A stretch of DNA of 64,000 nucleotides from Marsupella aquatica (taxonomy: Eukaryota > Plantae > Marchantiophyta). The notes under the pieces are model-generated. The model worked only from the letters and a program-made list of their open reading frames with translations. It searched no databases and was not told the DNA's origin. Each line of letters opens with the position of its first letter. Positions within the stretch are counted from its first letter, which is position 1. The position numbers were made by a program, and so were the translations under genes. Positions 1-12,298 of the stretch are shown here, piece by piece. The DNA is taken from contig OZ316896.1 in NCBI GenBank assembly GCA_973895155.1, positions 6,128,166 to 6,192,165 on the forward strand, in the 5' to 3' direction.

Positions 1-3000
1 ATACGCACGGGAATTGAAGGTGGTAACTTATACCGACCGCCGCCAATACTGTACGCAGAATGACAAAATGAAACGTCACAGAACTTAACCAGGGTATTCC
101 CGACCTTCCTTTTGAAAACAAAAAGTCTCACAACTCTATAGACGATTAGAACTAGCCCTCACATTAGCACCCACGAAAGCCAAGCTTGCTGTACCTGATA
201 AGGAAAAAGCTAACCATCGAAACGAAAAAAACAATTCGAAGTACCAGCTTGTGATTAAGAAAGCCGAACAGCCTGACCGAGGAACGACAACCTTACTTTG
301 TTACCCAAGTTCCTGATTTGCTGTGAAGATCGGTGAGAAAGAAGGCCCCATCTTCGGAGTGTACACGAGCATGACGAGCAGCCACCTGCGAAAAGATTCA
401 AAGCTTACCCATGTTTACAACTATAGCAGCAAAATGTCTTCCTTGCCAAGTTGCCAGTGCAGAGACTATACTGTCCTATATCAGAGAACAAGTGGAAAAA
501 ATGAGCTTCATCTTACCTGTGGGGCAGACATTACTGCAGAAACTGTGTCTGGGTCTTCACAAGGCACACTCCTGCATGTGGGCATTTGGTTCAATACACT
601 TCGAGATAGCAACAAACTTGTTGACACATTGACCAATATTTACCAATCGGTGCTTCATCGATATCCAAGTGGAAACAAGAAGAATTTACACAACAACAAA
701 GTAAACTAGGAGGCATCTGTGAGCACGATTGTGTCATTGATGTCGTACCCAATGATTGTAGGTCTCGAGTCATTCACGCCACCAATCCGAAGGATCGTCT
801 TCCCACTAGTTGCCAAGTCATCCGCAAGCATTCGTTCCCCAACCGGTACCAGGTACCAGCTGCATGCACACCATTCAAGATTGTAAGATGCCAGCTGTTC
901 ACGAATCCTGCTCTGCCACCAGCACAAGCCTTTAAGTGTTTCATGTACATGTCTGTTTTCAACCGGGATTAAGAAGAGGATCCTTCTCTAGGAAACTTAC
1001 TCCGCTATTGTGGCTCGTTCCAAAGCATCATTGTCCCAGAACCACCTCTTCATATTCTTATTGGCCTGCTCATCAAGACGGTTTATTAGAATTTACTTTC
1101 AACAAACTCAATCCAAAACCAAAGCCGCTTCCATGCTGACAAACGCAAATAAGTAAGATCCTGTAACACAGCGTGCAACCAAGTCTTGCGATCAAAACTG
1201 CAGCAACATGTTGAGGAAAGTTTGGCTGGACCTTGTCCTCAATCCTGCAAGATGGAACTCTTTCTTCGAGGGCACCCCTGTGCAACATAATGCATGTTAA
1301 GTCCTGGAATTGGGCCCCTCAAAACCATGGCACAAGATCGGCCAGACCATCATCTCTGCTGTAGGAGCAATTTACAAGAATAGTATACAGAAGATGTGTA
1401 CTACAAATGTAAACTTGATCTACTTAACATTCCACATTGTCAACTTCTGAGACCTTCCTTTTAATCTAGGTGAACAGACCAATAATTTTAGGGAAACGGC
1501 GTACATGTTTCCTCCAAGAACCCAGCCGAGCATGACTGGCATGCCCATAAGGACGAAAAATTGTCCCGCCACCCTCCCTGGGTGTGGAATTCTAAACTGC
1601 CGTATTACCTGCACAATGTCCGAGACAAACTTAATGCTTTAACTGGGAACAAGAGCACTAATCCATCAAAGCGGGTCATAGCCGTAAGCGACGAGGGCGG
1701 TCTAGACAGTACCTCCAATGGACCAAGACCTTCACCAAGGTACGCTTTGTACGTTGAGGCCATAATTGCAGCCATTCGAGCCATTCCGTGGATTGCTCCC
1801 ACGCGTAATCTCCTTTTACCCTCGTATCTGCGCACCGGGACAACAGTTCGTCGTAAAAATAAGGATTAACTTCTGCTGAAATAAAGAAGGCGGTATGGGC
1901 TGTACAGAAATAAAACTTAACGAAAGTCAAACATTTGCTGTGACTCAAAGAACTACTCTACAATACTTTCTGGAGCAAGAAGGCGGAATGGGCTATACAG
2001 ATATAAAAAATCGATCTTTCAAACAATTTGCTGTGCGTTAAAGAACTCCTTCACAATCCTTCTATTGGAGTCTCCTCTTCTTCCTACGTTCCGGGGAGAC
2101 TGCAGAATAGTACTTCATATCTCAGTCACTGAAGGGGTGCTCTGCAGTTTGGAAAAAAAATCTTTCTTCTTCCGTTCGAACACCTGGAGATTTAAGGAGA
2201 CGAGGGCTATAACGAATTTTGTGCTTCATTCTGTGTTCGTATGCGAGGCATTCTGGACTTTCCAGATCCTGGGAACCAAATACATCGGTTCGTATTGAAT
2301 ATCAAATGGCTGGACCTAATGTGAAGCCTTAAAAGTCTCGTATAACGGCTGTATGTAAGATAACACACCCAGAAAAACCTAAATAAATTCACTATCCCAT
2401 TTTTGCTAGAGATGCTGGGCAGACAGGTTTTACTCACGCTTTTAAGACTTCTGCAAAGTCGACTGATTGATTTCGCTTAATCTTGTCCATTGCTTTCGCA
2501 AGGTCAAAAGCCAATTGATAGCTATCCTGGAACCAAGAAATGAACATCACGTAAGAGTGCTTAACAATAAGTAGGAGAGTAAGCCTTGGAATTTAGACAT
2601 GCTCACAGCACTTTCATTAAATAAACTTCTGCGCAACTTCAGGCAATACTTCGACGTTTCCATGCCCCAACTGACCACCTCCAGCAATAGAGAGAGTTTC
2701 GTCAACGTGTCAATAGAATCGTATACCTCTATTGCCATACAGCCACCTTGTCCCAAATTTGGTTGCATGGCATGAGCAGCGTCGCCAAGCAGAGTTACTC
2801 GGCCCTTACTCCATGTGAGGATTGGAATACGGTCATAAATATCCCTTCTTAAAACGTTTTCTTCCGGAGTAGCAAGCAAGAGATCCACCACTCCGTCACA
2901 CCACTCCCCAAAAATCTCCAACAGTCTCTCCTTTCTCCCTGCAGACACAGAAATTAATGGCACGTCCCAATTGATCCAACCGTTTCAATAAAAGCATATT

Positions 3001-6000
3001 CCAAAATGATTCAACACAGTTTATTCACATCCATACAGGTCTGACGATTGATGTAGTACAAAACCCTAACCAGCAGATCTTTCTAGATGCCTCATTTCCG
3101 AGCTCAACTTAGAGAACCTTTCACTGACTAAAGCTTGGCAATTTTGTGTTAGTTCGCAAGGGCTGCGGGAGTTTAGTAAACTAATTCTTCTCAAGCTTTA
3201 ATCTCAGTGACTGCGAAATTTCAAACTGATTTAGTAACTGGATTGACACGACATACCGCCAGGACGATCGACACCACCCGCAGGCTCGTTGTAAAATGCA
3301 TACCACTGCATCTTGCCGTTACCAACATCTGAGGATACGAAATACTGCTTGTTTCCTAGAAATACACGGTACCTGAAAGCCGCATCCAGGGGGACACATT
3401 AGCACGATACGACATAATTACATCAATATACCAAAAGAATCTTCCCATGACATGATAGCTTTTATCGCTAAATGTTGAAAATTACGTAATAACGGTACCA
3501 GAGGATGTATACTTAGGCTCACTTTACATAACATCTGCCCCATCTATGAGGTCTATCTCCCAACCCTAGAAACCTTCCTATTGGGAATCCAAAACAAGCG
3601 AATCAAATGAGCTTCAAGCCCATCGAACATACCACCTCTGGAGGTGGTATTTCTGTTGGTTCCAAGCCGATTCAACCTCTTTCATTTTTTACCGAAACAA
3701 AACCAGGCACTAAGCTATACGGAATCTTCGAAAGCTGAGGGTTGGGCAATAACGAATTAACATGGGGCTACTCAAAGTAAAGTGAAGTTCTCCCACGTTT
3801 GCCTTTCAAATTTCTAAACAGAACCTAACAGAATGTTTTGGGGATGAGAGATTTATGTAAAGTGGGCTTACCCAACAGTTTCTATATCAGCAGGCACAAA
3901 GTCCGCAATCCCTGTATAGCAAGTATAGTCCGAATAAGTTGCCTCCGACGGCCCAAGGAGCTTGTTCCGAACCTGAAGAAGGCAGCACAGACAGAAGTCA
4001 AATAGAAGGAATCCTAAATATTCTTTGCTTTGCGAAAAGTGATCAAGTTGGCACGCATATTTTGTACTAGTTTGCATTCAAAAGAAATTCTGATATGCAC
4101 TGTTGGGAAGAACTTCTCCTTCTTGTTTTCATTTCTTGACTATCTCACTCTTATCAGCTGCTTTCTGGTTGCTCGTGATAGCACACTTGAAAAAATTTCA
4201 AGGTGAAGATTAGCAATGGTACAGCCGTGGAGACTGCTCACATTCAACACAAACAGACAAAGCCCTGCACTAATGCTTCTGAACGCATCTCTAAAGATGC
4301 AATAAGTTGACTTCTTGCAGTGCATTTCGAAACTGCATTTGGAAAGTAGCCGCATAAAGGAAAGTGAAGAGGTTTTCCAAATTCTTTATCAAGCAGTCCT
4401 TTTCTACTGTTGAATCATGAGTCAGACCATTCCTTACCTTCGACCGAATGCCGTCTGCACCAACGAGGATGTCTCCCTCAATCCGCCGCCCATCTTCCAA
4501 GATAACCGTCACCTGCCATGGTTTCCAACGTAGGCCTTTCAAACGCAAATTCCCAAATTACTAGAATTCTGTTGATGAACAAAAACGTTTCACTCAATAA
4601 ACATCTAAGCAAGAAAGAACGAACCATGCTTAACCTAACCTCCGTTTTGTGACGAAAAGTACGTGATACAGCTGGAGTTTTTCGCACGAATTAGAAAAAA
4701 AAACTTCGCATTGGACAACGTTTCTGATAACGGCAGGTCCTTCCGCGATAACACAAAATGAAGTTATCTCTACCTCCAGTATCAGCTGTCTACGTATGGA
4801 AAGAAGGAAAGGTGCAGTTAAAGACTCCCGGCTCAAAGTTGCATCAATTGATGAAAAATCTTTAAAAGAGGGACTATACCTTAGACCCATCGTCCTCGTA
4901 ATCTACAACATTGGCGCTATTCTGAATGATTTCTGGACCAACAGCCTGAGCCAGCAACGATTGTAAAGTCATTCTGCTGATCACCCTTGTAATTGGGAGG
5001 CCACGTTCCACAGCCGGAGTAAACGTGTCAAACTTACAGTACCTGCAATTATAAGAACCAGGATTCAGTTGGGAAACTGTATCTACTAAGTTATTGCAAG
5101 TGCACGGCAATGCATGCTGTGCACTTGAAATATACACACAGAAATATGCACACAGCTAGCTCATGGAGCAAATATGGTACATGAACTTTGTGTATGGCTT
5201 TTTCATCTTCCCTGGAGGCGGGTGCGACCGCCAGTGAGGGTAAGACCCACCACACCAAAAGACGCAGACACTTCTCTCTCGCCTTCTCTCACACACACAT
5301 ACGTGAGCCACGTATTCTCATCTTATGAACAATTGGAGAACCAATTAATTCTCTAAGTCAAAGTTTTCTCCGCTAAGTAACTTCTCTACACTTTTTCAGA
5401 AATGAAATTTACCAGCTGCCGGTGAGACCGTCGACCAAGCCATTGATGCGATCTCCTGTGACGCATCCAGTATCCAAAATCTTCTCGGCCACTCCACCAT
5501 CTATGGCTTCCAAGGCTGCCAATGCGTTGCTCTGAATTTGAATCGGGCCCCTATACTGACCTTCTCCTCTAACTGCGCTCAAATCGCGCTCAAACACTTT
5601 CACATCTAGCCCCTGCTTCTTTGCCGCTAGTGCGAGAACGAGCCCTCCAATACCACCTCCTGCGATGAGCAGTCTTATAGTAGGATCTCCGGGCACATTC
5701 GACGTGCTTTCACTCATCTCAGAGAGCTTGAATGAGTTCTCTAAACCACTTTGAATATCTGATTCATCTAGTCCGCTAATCCCTACAGAACCCTCAGGAG
5801 TAGCCACCTTCGCCCTCGGAGCAATAATACTCAATCCCCCTCGTCTCTCATTGCTTCTACGCCTATGATTTAAAGACTCTGCAGGGGCTCTCCTCCTCAG
5901 AGTAATGGAACCTGCTGCTAATTTGAAACTTTTACTCTCCACGGCAGCAGCGAAACCGGTTGATGTCAGCATCGTCGTCGAATTGTGAAAACACTCTGGA

Positions 6001-6074
6001 TCGTTAAAATTATGGATGCTGCTAGAGGGGAAGGCAGAAACCAGCGAAGACGACGCCCCCTTCATCGTTGCCAT
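1..6074 (-). CDS. ZEP: Zeaxanthin epoxidase (ABA1/NPQ2 family), plastid-targeted; 3' end lies outside the window
   Basis: Ser-rich transit-like N-terminus, FAD motif IAGGGIGGL, GEGQYRGPIQIQSNALAALEAID, GADG, LLGDAAHAMQPNLGQGGCMAIED, MARMAAIMASTYKAYLG and a C-terminal FHA region (VAARHARV..DGAFFLTDL.S.SGTW). GT-AG exons in consistent phase: 6074-5413, 5042-4880, 4512-4438, 3972-3872, 3372-3257, 2938-2727, 2526-2438, 1827-1713, 1608-1505, 1277-1232, 1065-1001, 859-749, 571-517, 385-297, 48-<1. Confidence 0.97.
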
Positions 6075-7346
6075 TGTTTATCCCGCGCACGCCTACCACT
6101 CCCAAGAAGATATGGTCGTCAGTCAGCTCCTTGATGGAAATCAAAATCAAACAGGTAAATTAAGCGCGAGAAGCGGGAGAACACCCGCGTACCACAAAAA
6201 TCACCTCTCTGTCGAAATCAAGCCGATACAGTCCAATTCTTCGTTGATCCAGTAGCGATTCGATCCCAAATACGACTCTGGGAAAGTGCGATAAGACTCA
6301 GTCCGGTAGTCTAGTATGTTTAAAGAAGTTTGTAAACCAATCTCGAGGATAAAGTGTTGGAAGGTTGGATAAAATTGGCAGCCGCAGACGATCACATTGA
6401 CCTCTCCACTCCGCTCTCTGTGGAAGGAGAAACAAGAGCACCGGCGCTGCCAGAAAAGCAAGGGGGGACTTTGCGAATGGCTAAGTGTAATTTGCGAGTT
6501 GTCAAGCGGGAGTTTGCGAATGGTGTAGTGGAATTGGTGGTACTCCAATTGGAAGACAGGAAGATTGGGTGGCCACGGTTAGTGCATCTCTTCGCCACGC
6601 TAATTGGGCGTCATCCAGAAATGGAACTTTACACTCGACGGAGGAACCAGTCATATCCGACTAGCCAAAACATTGCACCTGCATATCAGCATATTATGGG
6701 CCTCAATTTGGCATCTTCGTTGTAATTACTCCCTAATTAAATGGAGGCTCCCATTCTCGACTCCAACGGGATGAAAGGTCCTTCCCACCACTGTACGCTC
6801 AGCACGGTAAATAAGTCGAGGTCTCGCCATTGGCCGAGCTTCGACAGGCCACCAAGCCAATCAAAAGCACAAATTCCACTGATCTGGCACCCGACCAATC
6901 AGGGTGACCACTCAGAAGGCCCATAATTGCCATGGTGGAAATATTGAGCTATTTTCACCTGCAAGTTTCTCCACCTGTCACCATGTGGCTCTATAACTCG
7001 ACGCCATGTGTATTCTAATATCTAGAAAGTTGCCCTGTTGGGGTTGGGGTTCCATGACGACCACGCATTTTCGGAGACGGCATCTACGAGTCAATCTCCC
7101 CCTTCGTGAGCGGATCAGGGCAATCGCCTTCTGGAAGGGCCCAAACAAGCTATCATTATGTAAGAAATAAAGCTCCTCCCTCAGGCAGGCGCCTGTGTCC
7201 TTCTCTGCATTTTTGTTCCGATACCCGAGAAAAAACTACGGTAGGCGGTCTATTACCTGCTTTAGATCAAGCACATCTGGTTAACTATCAGGGGTGTCAA
7301 AGCAAGGCCATATGTGAGTTAGGGCCAAGGACATAATATACTTTTA

Positions 7347-7996
7347 CTGTCCCCCAAACTAGTCTAATGTCATAACCTGCCCCACAAACAAATTAAATTG
7401 CTAAGTTGCCCGTCATTCCGTAGATGGGTTAAGGCATACCCAGTACATGGTCCCCGGTGCCACATGGCACGTTGCCACCGGTCTGGGCTAACCACTGGTT
7501 TGGCCCCGCCCCTCTCCCCCTTCCCCATCGAGGCGCTCCCGTCGCCAGCCCGAACAGGGTCATTTGCAGCCATGTAGGTCCTCCCACAAATGACAATTTT
7601 TGGTCAAACCTAACAAGGGCAAATGTGTAAACATTTGCATCGTCTTAATTTGCAGGAGAAAACGAGGGCTCTGGAGCATGGGCAGCGTTCTCACGAGTAC
7701 AGGCGAGGGGCCAAAAATGGGTCATTTGCAGGAGGGTTTTTTTTGGGTTGGCGACAGGAGCGGGATGGCCCTGTTTGGGCCGGCGACAGGAGCGCCTCGA
7801 CGGGGAAGGAGGAGAGGTGCGGGGCTGAACCAGTGGTTCAACTGGACCAGTGGCGACGGGCCATGTGGCACTGGGGACCATGTACTGGGTATGCCTTAAC
7901 CCATCTACGGAATGGGGGGCAACTTGGCAATTTAATTTGTTTGGGGGACAAGTTATGAAATTTGGCTAGTTTGGGGGACAGGATAGTAAAAAGCTG
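7347..7996. mobile_element. Foldback / Mutator-like MITE with very long inverted arms
   Basis: 7347-~7605 is the reverse complement of ~7707-7981 (e.g. CTGTCCCCCAAACTAG...CATTCCGTAGATGGGTTAAGGCATACCCAGTACATGGTCCCC). The 10-bp direct repeat TATACTTTTA at 7337-7346 and 7997-8006 fits a Mutator-size TSD. Confidence 0.75.
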
Positions 7997-8029
7997 TATA
8001 CTTTTATGAGCCCCCATACCTGTGCATGG

Positions 8030-8293
8030 CACAAAAGATGTTGAGGTGAAAAAAAAGATGTCAAAGTGAGAAAAATATGTCGAGATGAAAAACAAATGAT
8101 GAGAGAAAAAAATATTGAGGTCAAGAAAAGAAGTTGAGGCGAGAAAAAATATGCCAAGGAGAGAAAGGTGAGAAAATGATGTCAAGATGAGGAAAGATCT
8201 TGAGTAGAGAAAAGATATTCAGAGTGAGAAAAAAAGTTGCAGTGAGAGAAAAATCTCAATGTGAAAAAAGATGGTGAGATGAGAAAGAAAGAG
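8030..8293 (+). repeat. Degenerate purine-rich minisatellite (~22-bp GAGAAAAAAAGATGTTGAGGTGA-like unit)
   Basis: About 12 imperfect units; similar units resume at ~9918-9960, so the array was interrupted by the LINE insertion. Confidence 0.7.
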
Positions 8294-8303
8294 CGATATA
8301 TAT

Positions 8304-9907
8304 CCACCCTCGTGCGTCCTATTTGGCTCGGACACATCCCCCTACCGAGGATCTTTCTCTACACCTCCGAGCGTTTGATGTCTCCATTCGTGAGACTTTG
8401 GCCTCTCTTTTAGGGCCAGGTACTTTACTCTCATCTCCGTGGCTTCATCGACAGCTCAGTCTTCCTATTTCTCACGGTGGTTTTGGGCTTACTTTCACTG
8501 AGCGCCTTGCACCTTTGGCCTTCTTGGGCGCGTGGGCGGCCGCCTTCTCATTGTTGGCAGATCGTTTCCTTACTGAGAATCGACCTTTTTTACTTTCATC
8601 TCTCATGGAGGTCGAGGAGGGTTCCCTCCCATTTCAGGTTCATTTGCGCACGGCTCGGTCATCATTACCCGATCCTGTTCGAGCTGCGTTACCTTCATTC
8701 CAGGAGTTTTTATCCTTGGACCCCGTCCGTCTTCAGGCAGACCTTGTTGGGCGTATGCACGCTTTCACCCTCTCCAGCATCCTCACCGAGGCACCTGACA
8801 CGGACCGAGCTCGGATTCTTTCTTCCGGAGGGAAGGGCGCAGGAGGCTGGCTTCAGGCCAATCCAGTCATTCCTCACCTGCGGATGTCTTCAGCGGAGTT
8901 TGCGACAGCCATGCGTCTTCGTATGGGCTTGCCCCACCCACTTCTTGCTGGTTTACCTCCTACTTGCACTTGTGGGAAGCCTTGTGATGCCACAAGTGTC
9001 CATCTTCTTCGATGCAGTTTGGGCGGCGAAACCATTTTTGTTCACGACGCTGTGAGAGATGCGACTGCTCAGGTTCTCTCTGGCTCTTTGGTCTGCGCGC
9101 GGTGGGAGGTGGTGCTCGAGTTACCTGGTCCTCCATCACAGCGGTTACGGGTGGATCTTACCATGGTCCGTGACGGTCACCGTACTTTGGCAGATGTAGT
9201 GGTGGCAAACCCATTACGCCAAGACATCATTGGGACAGCGGCAACAACGGCAGGGGCAGCAGCATCACGAGCAGCACAAACGAAGGAGGCCAAATATGCT
9301 GCACGAGCTTCATCTGATAGCTTCCTGCCCCTTGCTCTTGAGATATTTGGGCGTCTCCATCATCAGTTCGATGGGCTTCTTCGCCAAGCTGCTCGGGATG
9401 TTCACGGCCGGATGGGTCCCACCGGGCCCCCGCTATCTGTTTTGACCACGCACTTTCGCCAACGCATTTCAGTCACCTTACAGCGTGCTCAAGCTCGGGC
9501 CGTCTATCGTCGATCTCTGACAGTGGGTGCTAGTGTGACTCCGCAGCGGCTAGCCCCCCTAGAGGACATTCCTGTCCCACTTGCTGATCTAGTTTCGACA
9601 CTTGATGTAGACCACTAGCTTGTAGCCACATTTGCTAGGTATGATGAGGACCTCGGTCCATTTGCGGTAGTTTTAGTTACTCTTTCTTGGTTTTTAGGGG
9701 TTTCCTTTTGCTCACTTCTTTTAGTTACTCTTTCTTGGTTTTTAGGGGTTTCCTTTTGCTCACTTCTTTTAGTTCCTCTTTCTTGGTTTTTAGGGTTTCC
9801 TTTTGCTCACTTCTTTTGCGTTTGGTTTTGTCCACTTGGGACCTCTCTTGTTTATTCTTTTGTACTCTATTTGGCCTTTTTCTGTATAAAGTATGTGTAT
9901 ATTCTCT
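8304..9907 (+). mobile_element. 5'-truncated CRE-clade non-LTR retrotransposon (RT thumb, CCHC zinc knuckle, restriction-like endonuclease)
   Basis: Frame is open from 8305 to the stop at 9618: RASYLART.PP, LSLPISHGGFGL, C-x-C-x9-H-x3-C, HDAVRD, RWE, RVD, ADV, KEAKY (RLE motifs). A perfect 10-bp TSD CGATATATAT lies at 8294-8303 and 9908-9917. Confidence 0.88.
9671..9817 (+). repeat. 3 x 48-bp tandem repeat in the 3' UTR of the CRE element
   Basis: Unit TTTTAGTTACTCTTTCTTGGTTTTTAGGGGTTTCCTTTTGCTCACTTC at 9671, 9719 and 9767. Confidence 0.95.
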
Positions 9908-10559
9908 CGATATATATGTAAAGATTAGAAAAATATGTCAAGACAAGAAAAGATATATAGGCAAGGCAAACAATTATAAACTTTGCAATGTAGTTATCCA
10001 GACATGTTATTTGTGATCTGAACCATACACTTTTGTGGTCGTGTTCAATAACCCATGCATTGCACATAAAAATTGGAGATGCAAGATAGCGGTCACTATA
10101 TCATAGAATCCAAGCACAATCAAGTGACAAGGAAAAATATATTTGTATTCAAATTTTTCAAAGTTTTTTCCCATTAAATTAACTTTTTAATCTTGGGCAG
10201 GTGTAAGTGGGCAGGCTAAGGGCAGATTGGGCAGACATTTATTTTAGATGTGTGTATGGATAGATCTGACAGTGTTAGAAAACAATGTTTTGATGGAGGG
10301 TCAAGATTCCTTCTATTTTATTAGTTTGTAAAGGGACAATCTAGGGATAAGTATTATAGTGGTAAAGAATGGTTAGAGGGAGTTAGAGGGAGGAGAAGTT
10401 CATGGTGACTTCATTCTTGTTCATCATTTGGCAGCTTCATTTTCTTGCTTGGAAAATCTTGTCACTTCACACTAAATGTAATTGCTTTTCTGTTTATTTT
10501 TCTCCTGCTAGCCCCGACTACCTGTTCTTTGAACGTGAATAGCGAAGAGGACAATAAAA

Positions 10560-10850
10560 AAATTATCAAAATATATTTTCTATTCATTAATATTCTTTAA
10601 ATTTTAATGAAATGATAATATATTATTTTCCTGTATGTGCACATCAGTCTTTTTGTGTGCACATCCATTTTCTATGCACATATGGATGTTGTGGTGGGGC
10701 CATAGTGCTTATATTTTTTGAATGTAATAATTAGAAATTATTATAAAAAATTGGCATGTACATACATCATAGTCGTGTCATTTCTCTCATGACCATAGAG
10801 TTACGGTCTAGAGGCTTCACTGGCTTCACTCTAGACCTAGGCTCTTAATT
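10560..10850 (+). repeat. Dispersed AT-rich repeat; second copy at ~33440-33730
   Basis: Shared colinear blocks ...TGGTGGG(G)C.ATA..G.T.A..TTTT..., ATACATCATAG.CGTG..., GTCTAGAG...TCTAGA.CTA..CTCT. Confidence 0.55.
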
Positions 10851-12298
10851 AAGACTTCAGTTTGCGCTTTTATATTAAGATTTCTTTACTTTTGGGCCCT
10901 GCAAATTCTGCAAAAAAAGGCAGGACATGTTATTATAGTTTTTGGTAGTTAGGACAAAAACTTTAGAAGATAGCTATAAAGAATGTCCAAAAGTTGTATG
11001 TCCTTATGGACAAGTGGGCTAATCAATCAATTACAATCATAATACTTTGACTATGGAAGTGCTTTGACAGGCCCTATTACTGTACTACTTTAGCATGGTT
11101 TCTTTTAAGATTTTGGCTGCGGAGCGACTTGAAGCAATCTAGGTTTAATGAGGTTAGATGGGGCTTGGATTCTATTTTGGTCTCCTAGGTTTCAATATTA
11201 AGCTATGTTCAAAGAAAACTATTCCTCTTGCTCAAATGTGGATATAACCATGTTTTACTTCACATAAAGGGACAGCTCAAAGTGCATTGTTCTAATGCTC
11301 CAGCCCTAGCAAAAAGCATAGAGCTTATAATATACACATCTGTAAACTCATGACTTATATGTGTTGGTGCTTGTCCTTAAATAACTTTAAAGAATGAATT
11401 TTACATCAATTTTCTCACCAAAAATATTTTTTCACAAATCTTTTCTATGGTGCTGCTCGCTTCATTTCTAGCCATTTTTGGTCAAACAAGGTCCATCAGT
11501 CATGTCGTGTTAAGGAACAGGTTAAGCAAGTTTTGAAGAGCTTCTTTTTTAAAACTATGTGTACAAGTTGCACAAAAACAGTCATGATCTTTGCGGATAG
11601 GTCCAATAATATTCTTGGATAATTGACCTAGTTCTAAGGGTCATGAAGCTTTTCATGCAACTTTTCCAACAGTTTTCCATTAATTAACAAGTATCCTTAT
11701 TTTGTTTGTGAAGCTGCCCAGAACCAAAGATTAGAGCATTAAAAGTTTCTGAAATGAAAACTTTCTGAGAGATTCTTTTCCAACTAAATAGATACTCAAA
11801 GCTATCCAAATTTTTTCAAAAATAGGGACCAAAACAAGCAACCTGGCAAAGTTACAGGTACGTCTAATCTCCCACTTCTAGGGAACATATCCAATTCCGA
11901 CCCAGTATTCCAAAAAGGCATGAAAGGTTGCCATGAATCAAACAGCAGAAAACGCAAAGAGAACAAAAACTGAAGCAACGAACACTGAAGCTGCTTGAAA
12001 TAAGAAAAGGACCTAAAATATCAAATATTTATCCAGAATTGATCAAGCAAAGTCCGGGGCAAAGTCAAATCAATTTTTGAGTCTTTCACTAATTGCTTGG
12101 CTGCAAATTTTGATTAAGGAGGGCGCAGTCAATTCTGCATCAAATGAACTTGTTTCAGTGGACAATGACATCCGGGGTGACATCCCCATATTTTAGAGAA
12201 GAGCTAGCACCGGATTTTGGAACTGGGCTGAATTGAAATATGAAAAATTTGAGAGCTACAGTAGCAATGGGAGTAATGGCTGCCTAGGCATAAAACTG

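Noticed and set aside
6250-7050. ABRE/G-box module in the ZEP promoter
   Set aside because: No canonical CACGTG/ACGTGG seen; only generic CCAAT, GATAAG and GCCAC words, too common to call.
7370-7958. Two similar ORFs on opposite strands as paralogous genes
   Set aside because: They are just translations of the two arms of the foldback element.
9671-9817. Tandem repeats here (and at 34060-34340, 49370-49790) as CRISPR-like arrays
   Set aside because: No unique spacers, no cas genes, eukaryotic context.
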